Source of the DNA: the human T2T-CHM13v2.0 reference genome, Homo sapiens | Strand: one strand, 5' to 3' | DNA: 64,000 nucleotides | NCBI RefSeq assembly: GCF_009914755.1 | Contig: NC_060931.1 | Shown here: piece after piece, positions 53,290 to 64,000 of the stretch | Layout: the number at the start of each line of letters is the position of its first letter | How positions within the stretch are numbered: the stretch's first letter is position 1 | Notes under the pieces: generated by a model | Seen by the model: the letters and a program-made list of their open reading frames with translations, nothing else | Databases searched by the model: none | Told to the model about the DNA's origin: nothing | Position numbers and translations under genes: made by a program

Positions 53290-53842
53290 TATTCTGGTTA
53301 TCTATTGCTGCATCCTAAATAATCCGCATTTAGCAGCTAAAACAACACACAGATGATCTCATCATTTGAAGGTGTGCAGGCAACGGCTTCACTGGGCCTG
53401 TGATAAGGGACCTCTCACAAGGTGCATGCAGGATTCTGGCTGGGGCTACAGATTTTGTGGGGGATTGATCTGCCTCAGAGCTCACTTGAGAGTTGTTAGC
53501 AGGGTTCAATTCCTTAAGGCTGTTGTGCTGAAGGCCTCAGTTCCCTGCTGGCAATTGGGCATTGGCTGCCATTAGTCCTTTGTCAGGTGGGTCACCCCGA
53601 CTTGTGGACCTTGAGGACCAGGACATAAGAAGAGCTGGAGACAGAGAGTTCTGGCAAGCAGGACAGAAGTAATCTTTCTTTACAACCCAATCTTAAATGG
53701 GCATTCCATCACTTTTCCTGTGCTCTAACAATCAGAAGCAAGTCCCCAGGTCCAGCACACACGAAAGGAGCAAAGATTACACAAGGCAGTGAATACCAGG
53801 AGGGGGAATCACTGACAGTCACTTTAGAAGCTGCCTGCCACA
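53290..53842 (-). mobile_element. MaLR LTR MLT1F-like
   Basis: GTTATCTATTGCTGCAT start; GTGAATACCAGGAGG..GAATCACTG..TTAGAAGCTGCCTGCCACA end. Confidence 0.75.
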
Positions 53843-54705
53843 CTGCAATTTCTGTCCCTCAGTGATTCACATTTCTTATAAATGCACCATGCATTCACTT
53901 CCTCCTGAGGGCTTTAGAAGTCTCATTTCATGATAGTGGCGGTTCAAAGCCCATAATCCCATTATTTAAATCAACTCCACATCTTGCAGCTGGTCCATAA
54001 AGTAAACTCTACAGAAGCAAACAAATTTCCTTTGTATCTGTGGCCGCTAGAGTTACTCTATTTTCATCCTGAGCTATATTTGCTCTTTAGGAACCCACCA
54101 ACTCTTTTAGCTACATTCTTCCTACCTGCATGTAGCTGTCATCCTTGCCTTCTTTCCGTGCTCTGCCACAGGTCATCCAATGTTTGCAGCCCATCTCTGT
54201 TATTGTAGGAGGCACCTCTCTTTCCTTCATTTTAAACTATTTAATTGCCCTGCAATTCAGCTCTCTGATGGGTTCAGAAAGTCATGACCCTGAATATCAC
54301 TCGTTTTTAAATGTAATTTTAATAAAGACACATTTTCCAGATGCCTACACCATCAGCAGAAGCTGGAAGTTCTGTCTGTAATTTTTTGACCTTATAACTC
54401 AGTATATTTAAAAAGTTAATGATACATCTAGCTCCCTGCATTTGTGGTTTTGACCTTCATTCCTTAGTGTCCTGCTGTAGTTTCTCCAACATCCTCACAT
54501 AAGATTAAACATTACACTAAAACATGACTCAAATCTGGAGACGACATTTCCCAAGATAGTTGATGCTTTCAACAGACTTTGTTAATAAGTGTCTTTGAAA
54601 CACAGTCTCATTATAGAAATAAGTATATTAATGTACAAATGAAAAACTAGTTAATATATTTCTTTTTACTATTCCTGGAAAAATTATGTCGGGAACACAT
54701 TTTTT

Positions 54706-55318
54706 TAAATTATACTTTAAGTTCTAGGGTACATGTGCACAACCTGCAGGTTTGTTACATATGTATACATGTGCCATGTTGGTGTGCTGCACCCGTTAAC
54801 TCATCATTTACATTAGGTACATCTAATGCTATCCCTCCCCACTCCCCCCATCCCACGACAAGCCCCAGTGTGTGATGTTCCCCTTCCTGTGTCCAAGTGT
54901 TCTCATTGTTCAATTCCCACCTATGAGTGAGAACATGCAGTGTTTGTTTTTTTGTCCTTGCGATAATTTGCTGAGAATGATGGTTTCCAGCTTCATCCGT
55001 GTCCCTACAAAGGACATGAACTCATCATTTTTTATGGCTGCATAGTATTCCATGGTGTATATGTGCCACATTTTCTTAATCCAGTCTATCACTGATAGAC
55101 ATTTGGGTTGGTTCCAAGTCTTTGCTGATGTGAATAGTGCCACAATAAACATACGTGTGCATGTGTCTTTATAGCAGCATGATTTATAATCCTTTGGGTA
55201 TATACCCAGTAATGGGATGACTGGGTTATGGTATTTCTAGTTCTAGATCCTTGAGGAATTGCCACACTGTCTTCCACAATGGTTGAACTAGTTTACACTC
55301 CCACCAACAGTGTAAAAG
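54706..55318 (-). mobile_element. L1PA (about L1PA4) 5'-truncated 3' end
   Basis: TTATACTTTAAGTTCTAGGGTACATGTGCAC..; ORF 54910-55152 is the L1 ORF2 C-terminus; perfect 15-bp TSD GGGAACACATTTTTT. Confidence 0.96.
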
Positions 55319-55880
55319 GGGAACACATTTTTTAAAATTTCAATTTATGCTTTATTTTATTGAGTGTCTTTTAAAAATTTAGTTTGACCTTATTTCTTGA
55401 GTATGGCTAAACTGATAAGTATGTATAGTATATCCTTTCAAGGATGTCATTGCCTCAGAATCATAGTGATGCAGCAACTGTAAGACTATCTAGCATACCT
55501 TAAAACTGAGGGTGATGAGAAAACAGTCTGCAAAATATGCAATAACATTTGGTGAAATACCGTTTACAAAGAAAAAATCGATGAGAGTAGAATGAATAAT
55601 AAATGTACGTCAGTTTATTGAACACACTAAGAAAATATCACTTTTGTGAATTGGCAATTTTTGTAACCAGCATGAACTCTTACCTCACTGTCTTGAAAAG
55701 GGAATACTATCTTTTAAGTTGTCCCCTGATAAGTATTTAGTAATATGAACAAAATATGAAGAACTTGAATAAGGTGGAAAGGTGAAAACCTGTTACGTTC
55801 TGTAAAAGGTGATCTATATTTCAGTGACTTGGATGCTTGGATGCTTGGAGGTGGGTGGAGACAACTGTGCTCCCCAGCTT

Positions 55881-55883
<3 letters not shown>

Positions 55884-55911
<28 letters not shown>

Positions 55912-56215
55912 TTCATTTATTTTTATTTTTGAGACAGAATTTCTCTCTGTCGCCCAGGCTAGAGTGCAGTGGCATGATCTTTGATCACTGCAACCTCCAC
56001 CTCCTGAGTTCAAGTGATTCTCATGCCTCAAGCCTCCCGAGTAGCTGGGACTACAGGCCCACACCACCACACCTGGCTAATTTTTAAAATTTTTTGGTAG
56101 AGACGGGGTTTCGCCATGTTGGTCAGGCTAATCTCAAACTCCTGACCTCAGGGGATCCAGCCGCCTTGGCCTCCCAGTGTGCTGGGATTATAGGCGTGAG
56201 CCACCGTGCCTGGCC
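55884..56215 (-). mobile_element. Alu (Sz/Jb-like) with (TTTA)n tail
   Basis: Full dimer; perfect TSD CTCCCCAGCTTTTA. Confidence 0.94.
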
Positions 56216-56292
56216 CTCCCCAGCTTTTAGCTCCTGAAGCATCTGGGTGTAGACCTCCTAGTCATCCACATCACGTTCTCCCATTCTACCAC

Positions 56293-56465
56293 TTGGTTCA
56301 GACTAGTAGTTCTGAGAGTTGTTGTTTTCTTTCCTGTTTCTAGTGCACTTCTGGATAAGGATACACTCTATCATTTGGTTCAGACTAGTAGTTCTGAGAG
56401 TTGTTGTTTTCTTTCCTGTTTCTAGTGCACTTCTGGATAAGGATACACTCTATCATTTGGTTCAG
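56293..56465. repeat. Perfect 82-bp tandem duplication
   Basis: TTGGTTCAG recurs at 56293, 56375 and 56457; the two units are identical. Confidence 0.96.
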
Positions 56466-56563
56466 TGTCAGGACTGTTGTTGAGGCTTCCTTCTTCCTGT
56501 TTATAACCTGCAGCTACTAGCACAAATGAGGGGTGCTGGCATTTGCACAGAGGTGTATACTAA

Positions 56564-56902
56564 TGTTTTTGTCCATTTCACACTGCTGATAAGACATACT
56601 GGAGACTGTATAATTTATAAAGAAAAAGAGGTTTAATGTACTCACAGTTCCACGTGGCTGAGGAGGCCTCACAATCGTGGCAGAAGGCAAAAGGTACATG
56701 TTACATGGCAGCAGACAAGAGAGAATAACAGAACTTCTGCAGGGACACTCCCCTTTGAAACCATCAGATTTCCTGAGGCTTATTCACTATTATGAGAACA
56801 GCATAGAAAAGATCCACCCCCATGATTCAATTACCTTCCACCGAGTCCCTCTCATGAGACGTAGGAATTGTGGGAACTGTGATTCAACATGAGATTTGGG
56901 TG
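56564..56902 (-). mobile_element. THE1 (B/C-like) MaLR LTR, 5' tip missing
   Basis: CTGCTGATAAGACATAC, GAGGCCTCACAATCGTGGCAGAAGG, CCCCATGATTCAATTACCT, TGAGATTTGGGTG. Confidence 0.88.
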
Positions 56903-57450
56903 TTTGCTACAACAGCTTTCTGTAATTTTGTAGAATTCCAGTAAATATTGTTCATTGCTTAGTTTCACTCATCTCATCCATAGGTCATAGTGTCCTGGTT
57001 GTTTCAAACTAAAATAACACTACAACAATCATTTAGTTCCATTTATAAAGCATTGTCTAGGATCATTTAGAAAATCATCTAGGGCCACTTAGAAGTCTAT
57101 TTATCCCCAGCGAATACGTCATAGTCACATATTACCCTACATGTCAGACTCCATTGTAGTTCCTATGCATTGTCTAGGCATCTAAGATCTTTCTCCAAAT
57201 TGGTGTTTACAGGCAAAGGGTCTTCCTGTGACTATGCATAGGACTCATCCCGTAACTGGAGTTCCACAGTGTCCCATGAAAATTTTATTTGGGTGAAATA
57301 TCTTAGGTCCTTTATTCATTTGTTAGATCAGTAAAAACTTATAAAAGAAATGCTCTGCTATATAAGCATTTTAGTTTTCATTGAGAAACACACTAAATAT
57401 CCGTGATTGACAGAATTCATTTAAAAACATAACATTCAACCAATATTTAG

Positions 57451-57776
<326 letters not shown>

Positions 57777-59533
57777 TGTACTGTGTAATTCTTAAAATGC
57801 TCTTTATGACGTGTACAAAGTTTAAATATTGCAACAATACTCTGAGCATTGTGCTAGATATGTTGAGATAGTTTGAAAATGGAAGAGAGTTACAGTAAAA
57901 ATTCATATACATTTAAAGGAAAATACAACTATGAATATCTTGGATTTGGGAATCCAGTAAGCTTTTGGAAGTAATATTCACACTCCCCTCTCTCATTTAT
58001 TTTAAATAAAACCTGCTAGAAACTGTTAGTAGAAGAATACTTTTTTTTCAAAAGGAATTGAATTATAATTGGGCAACCCTTTCAAATGTACAAAAATTTA
58101 CTGATAATGAAGCCCAAAACATTCATAAATGATAGTCTTATCTGAATTTAAGAGCTCCTGTCTCAACTAGATAGACCTGGAATGCGTAAGGTATAAACAA
58201 TATTCACCCATTAGGACCTCGAAGTTCAATGCATTGACTCTACAGGTTGACAATCCATGTTCACGTATTCTTAATTGTTCCGTAGAGACTCAGAGGGCAA
58301 CAATCCAAGTCTGTACACTTTCCTCAGGGACAAACAAAAACACTAGCAGCAAGAATAAAAGCACTTGGGAAACCATCTTATCTTTCAACCTGAGCCATGG
58401 CCTCTATTTTCTTACCTTCTAATTTAATCTTATCACCAACACTGACAACTTTCAAGGGAGCTTTATTTTTTTATTTTTGAGATAGCAATGGTTTTAATAA
58501 AGGATTATTTCACTGTTTTATAAATGCGTATCTATTTTGAATATGAGTTTCTGTAAAAACGTCGTTTTTTAATTTTATCAATGGTTCTTAATTTCAATGT
58601 CCTCAATAATCTATCTTCTCAATACTATTATTTTATGAAACTCATAATGGAAGTATCAGAATGAATAAAATCTGATGTGAATTCCTCATTTGAGAAGATA
58701 ATTAAAACAATGTTAGTGTATTTCTGGAATGTGTAATAGTAACCTGCTACATATATAGATACATATTTAAAGGCAATACTGCTGTCTCTGTGAGAGTGCA
58801 CACAGAGCAAGTCTGCTGCCTTGGAAATTGAAGCAAAGGAAAAGCATTAAATCCATATTCTTACCTGTCATGGAAAGCATGACAGGTATCAGCAGGTAAG
58901 CCTGGTGTGTTCAGATTTGACTTGTAGGAAGGCTTGCCCATAAAAGGGGTGACATATGAAAAACGGCTACATAAAAATTCCTAAATGAGGAAAGTAAATG
59001 TGTATATTTTTGATCAGTAAGGATAAGGACACATCAAAGTGATGCTTAGTGGCAATAAATTATACCCATAAATGTAAACCATTTTGATTTTAGGTAAATT
59101 TAGTTTCTCAAAACAAATTTATCTCTGACTTGCTATATAATATGTAAAACTGTGTACTTCATATATGAAAATGAAATAGCTACAAAACAATCTTTTCTAC
59201 AAAATGAATATTGGGAAAATCTTTTCTGCCTTTATTTTTATATTTACTTTAGTAAGTGTTGTGCCATGGGAAGTAATATGATATCTTTTTATTTCAGAGC
59301 ATAAACATACAAAGAAATGGTTAGAATTTTAGATGAAAATGTATTCTAACGATACTATCCTACCTGCTTACTTCTAATGATTTTCTAAGATTTTAGAGTC
59401 CTGACTGGTAGGTAGTTTTCATCACACGTACATGGGTTCTGATGACAGGGCTTGGTTTGAATTCTGGCTACCTAGTTTATTGAGGCTTGTCCAACTTTAG
59501 AAAGCTACTTATTTCAATAAGCCTGAGATGAGT

Positions 59534-59909
59534 TGATGTCAGCTGAACTGTGTCAACAAAATTCATATGTGGAAGTTCTAATGCCCAGTACCTTATAATA
59601 TGACTGTATTTGGAGATGGAGTACTTAAAGAAGTGATTACTTTAAAATGAAGTCTTTGGGCAGGCCCTAATTCAATACAACTAGTGTCCTTATAAGAAGA
59701 GATAAGGACACAGACACACACAGAGGGAAGACCATGTGAGTAAACAGGAAGAAGGTGGCCATCTGCAAGTCCAGAAGAGAGGCCTCCCAAGAACCAACCC
59801 GGCCAGCACGTTGACCTCAAACTTCCAGCCTCTGGGACTGTGAGAAGGTATAATTCTGTTGTCTAAGACACCTAGGTAGTACTTTGTGATGGTAGCCCAT
59901 GCAGACTAG
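59534..59909 (+). mobile_element. MaLR LTR MLT1B (probably inserted in a MIR)
   Basis: AAATTCATATGTGGAAG, GACTGTATTTGGAGAT, GTGTCCTTATAAGAAGAG, ACTTCCAGCCTC. Confidence 0.85.
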
Positions 59910-61550
59910 GGCCTGGGCGTCCTTGGAAAAAATAGGAAAAAAAAAAAATATATATATATTATATATTATATATATGTGGGCTGTTTTGATGATTAAATAA
60001 GTTGTTGCTAATTAGTGATACCCTATTTGCACCTCACTCACATTTCATAGTAAAGGTCTATAACTCTTGCCTCTCTAATTATCATTTATATAATAGTTTG
60101 CCTGGGCTTCTGCCCTGTTTCTTACTAAATGAGACAATATGTGGCTCCCAATGGAACACCCTGGGCACAGCTGGTTTAAAGAGACTTGGTCAATTGGTAT
60201 CATTATTTTCAGTAGACTATAACCAAAATATTATTGTTGAGGAACAAGCCTGTGTGTACAGTATTTCTTGTCACATCATGATCAATACAATTCAGACATA
60301 TAAAATCTGAATTCCGAAAGCATAACATTTAATAAAATCTTTGAATAAAATGATATCAATAAGGCCTTATTTGGCTAGTATAAAACAAGATAAAAATTAC
60401 AGTTTGAACAATAACAACTTATAAGATTAGAAATGAGAAAGTATTTATTGTATAAGGGATTAAGAAAGAGAAAAATTAGGAATTCAATAACTTGTCATGT
60501 TAAAAAGGCATGCAAAAATTCTAAAGCAACCATTCACTGGCCATATATAAGACGGATAGCTTCTAATCTTAAGGAAGAAAACCATTTTGAGAAATAGAAC
60601 AATATATTTTAAAGTCACTAATAAATAAAAAGATGTAAAGATAAGAAAAATGAAGATAAAATAAGAACATTTGAAAATCGCAACATAAGATGAAATAGAT
60701 ACTTCCAAATACATCACCATTGACTGTTAACATACATTTACTTTTCCAGTATCAAACTTAGATTGATAAATTCCACTCTCTACTGAAAATTCTGGTTCAC
60801 AACATAATTATCTATCCTATATCTAAGAATATTAAAACAACTATATGAAAAGTGCCACCACCAATATGATCACTGAAAGGAGGTAATTTTAGATTTTCTC
60901 ATAGTACTTTTATTTTCAGCTTGCATAGTGTTTGAGTTGTCGTTTCGTGTGTTGCATTTTAAAAGTACTTGGAATAGTTCCACTCTGCAAGGTTTTGTCA
61001 CCAATAGATACACTTTAGTTCATTTTTAGTTCACTTTTTACTTGTTTTTAATAGCTTGATTTAAAAATATGTATTTTTTTATATTTCAATAAGGTATGTT
61101 AGAAAAGGATGAACTTCTGTTCCTTACTGCTCAATACTGTTCCCTTCCTCTTTTCATAACTGTTCAAAATATTTTGGTTGATTCTTCCATGTTTAAATAT
61201 GAACGTGTATGTATATGCTTATATTCTTTAGTTTTTCGATGAAAAGTAACATAACCTGCACATTTCTGTCCAATTTGCTTTTATTTGTTGAGTTCAATCC
61301 AAAACAGTGTATAGTTTCTTCTTAGCATTTCAGAGCTGTTTAATAGGCCCAGTTGGGGGCTTATTCCACAAATCTGCTGTCGATGAACATTTCAGTTATG
61401 TCCGAACCTATATACTATGAGTAGTGCTGCACAAATTAGGAAAGAAGCCTATGGAATTTTGTAGATTTAATAAAAAATTGAGTAGTTTTAATTTTCATTT
61501 TATCTTCTTCAAAACATATTAGCTGAACTCCTTCTTGTTTACTTAGTAAT

Positions 61551-61949
61551 TGATATCGTCCAAATATGTTCCCTAAAATTCATTTGTTGAAATTTAATTG
61601 CCATTGTGATTGTATTAAGAAGTAAGGCCTTTGGGAGCTGATTAGATTATGAGGGCAAAGCCTTCATGAATGGGATTAGCAGTCTTATAAAAGGGCTGGA
61701 GGGAAGAAGCATTTGCCCTTTCTGCCCATCCCTCCTTTCTGCCATGTTATGACACAGTGCTCCCCCTGTCCAGAGGGTACAGCAGTAATGCAGTATCTTA
61801 AAATCAGAAGGCAGCCGTCACAGAACACTGAACCGGCAGGCACCTTGACCATGGACTTCCCAGCTCCAGAACTGTGAGAAATGAATTCCTACCATTTATA
61901 AATCACCCAATCTGGAATGTCTTTATAGTGGCACAGATGGCCTAAGACA
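61551..61949 (+). mobile_element. MaLR LTR MSTD/MLT1A-like
   Basis: CTTCATGAATGGGATTAG, GGACTTCCCAGCTCCAGAACTGTGAGAAAT, CTAAGACA end; TSD GTAAT/GTGAT. Confidence 0.85.
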
Positions 61950-61954
61950 GTGAT

Positions 61955-63830
61955 TATCTTATGGTTTATAATATATAGCTTTAGTCTACAACAATCAGCC
62001 TTCAAATAATATTATGTCACCTGCCCATGTTCCATTTTTGGGTTCATTATTCTTTTTGTAGATCTAGGTTTATGTCTATTACATTTTTCCTTCCCCCCAA
62101 AGACTTCCTTTAGTTTCTTATAGTGTGGGTTTGCTGTTGATGATGTCTTTCAGCTTCTGTGAAGCAAAATAGTCCTTATTTTTGCCTGTTTCTGAAAGAT
62201 AGTCAACAAAGTATTACACTTTATTGTATGCAATTATAGGGTGCTTTTGATCCTTCTTTCACTTTGTTAAAGATTTTACTCTTCCTAGTTTACCTATAAT
62301 ATACCTAAACCACTACCAATAATCTTTCTGGTTTACGTATTTTTTTTGATGAGAAATATGTTTGCTAATACACAATGAATTTGTCTTTTCTTCTCTCAAA
62401 TATGACTGATTTTTAGTTTTCTTTTTGTCGATAGTTTTAAGAATTTTGAGTACAGTATCACTTGGTGTAGTTTCTTTTGCCTGATGTTCATGGAACTTCT
62501 GGAATCTGGAATCTGTGGGTTCATAATTTTCAAAAGTTTTTTGTTTGTTTGTTTTTTAAGAGACATGATTTCACTCTGTCACCTGGGCTGTGGTGCAGTT
62601 GCAAGATAAGAGCTCACTCTTACCTCAAACTCCAGGGCTCAAATAATCCTCCAGCTTCAGCCTCCTGAGTAACTGGTACTACAGGCATGAATGCAGCTTA
62701 TTTTTAAAAATTTTTTTTGTAAGGATGAGGTCTCTCTGTGTTGCTCAGGCTGGTCTCAAACTCGACCTCAAGTGATCCTCCCGCCTCAGTCACCCAAAGC
62801 ACTGGGATTACAGATGTGAGCCACTGCACCTGTCCTCAATTCCTTTTTAAATGGTAATTATTCTTCAAATATTTTTTCTATGACTCTTCTTTAAGGACTC
62901 CAATGGCACATTTATTAGGCCACTTGAAGTTTTCGCACAGCTCACTGATGTGAGGACTTCATATTTGTACATATTTTTCTTCTGCAGTTTACTTTTCATC
63001 TCAGCTATTGTATTTGTTTACTTCTAAAATTTCCATATAGGGTCTTTTAAAATATTTCCCATATCTTTACTTAAGATGCCCAATCTTTATCTTCTTGAAG
63101 GTATGGATTAAATTATACAAAATATTTAAAGTCATTTTCTGTTATTCCTATCATTTGTGTCATTCTGCATCTGCTTCTGTTGATTGACTTTTCTTCTTAT
63201 TCTGAGTCATATTTTATGCCATTATTGAGTGACTTTATTTTTAAATCAGTTTACAGATCTTGTGGATTTTAGTTGTTGGGAGCTATTTAGGCAGAACAAG
63301 GGATACCTTTCATCTAGGGATAATTTTTCACCAATCTCAAGGCCATACACTTCTGAGCATCTATCTGAGTGTGCTTTATTTACAAAGCTTTCCATGATGC
63401 TGAGGGAGTACCGATAACATTTGTGTGAGCTCCCAAATGTGTTCCTTCTGCCTCCTTGTGAGTGGTTCCTTCCCTAGTCTCAGGAAGCCAGCACATGCAT
63501 TGATCTGTCCCATGGTTAGATGCCCATGGGGCCCCTCCAGAGCTCTGAAGCTTGACCACTGTGCAATTCACCCCTCTCTGGTATTAACCTGTGAATTGTA
63601 GCTGTCTTGACTTTCCTGGCCTCCTGGCTCCATTCTTTCAATTCTGGGAGACTACCAGCCTCTACTTGATTGTGTTCTTACTGGTCAGTGACCTGAAACT
63701 CTCCCAGAAGTTAGCTGGGAAAATCTTAGCTCAGTCTCTTCCCTTTATCTCAAGGATCACTGTCTAGAGTTGCCAAATGTCCAATATCTGAAAAATATTT
63801 TAATTTTTATAATATGTGTTTTTAGTTAGT
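61955..63830 (-). mobile_element. Old L1M ORF1/5' region remnant, interrupted by AluJ
   Basis: T-rich antisense L1 motifs (TTTCTTATAGTGTGGGTTTGCTG, GAACTTCTGGAATCT, CACAGCTCACTGATG). Confidence 0.65.
62537..62835 (-). mobile_element. AluJ
   Basis: Diverged dimer with J-type motifs (ATAAGAGCTCACT..CCTCAAACTCC.GGGCTCAA, CTCAAGTGATCCTCCC). Confidence 0.9.
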
Positions 63831-64000
63831 TTAAGGGGGAGGTGTTTTTACTGGACATTGACTCTAACTTAACAGTTTACTTATCACCATTAAAGATATT
63901 ATTCGATGTATTCTTGTTTCCAACATTCTTTTTTGAGAAGTGAGCTGTTGATACTATTGTCATTTCATTTAGATTTTTTGTCCTTGTCAAGATTTTTCTC

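Noticed and set aside
54910-55277. ORF with a real protein match (L1 ORF2 C-terminus)
   Set aside because: Fragment of a 5'-truncated L1, not a gene.

Overview
Primate (human-like) genomic DNA: AT-rich, repeat-dense, and intergenic or deep-intronic in character. I find no supportable protein-coding gene; the ORF track is explained by Alu, L1, LTR and microsatellite sequence or by chance. Recognisable content: a retroposed, 3'-truncated U1 snRNA pseudogene (21794-21962), about 12 Alu elements (many with target-site duplications, TSDs), young and old L1 fragments, over 20 LTR/ERV pieces (including a truncated LTR12C, a MER41A solo LTR, a MER57 solo LTR and an ERVL gag remnant), the DNA transposons MER58A and MER85 (piggyBac MITE), and several microsatellites. 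Repeat family names come from recalled consensus sequences, not a database search, so subfamilies are approximate. The most notable observations are: the antisense strand of the U1 retrocopy is a self-contained cassette exon; there are several strong + strand exon candidates, one followed by a UG repeat; the MER85 has a mutated CSB-PGBD3 palindrome; there are several local inverted repeats; and there is a perfect 82-bp tandem duplication. I cannot support a claim of a new multi-gene system here.
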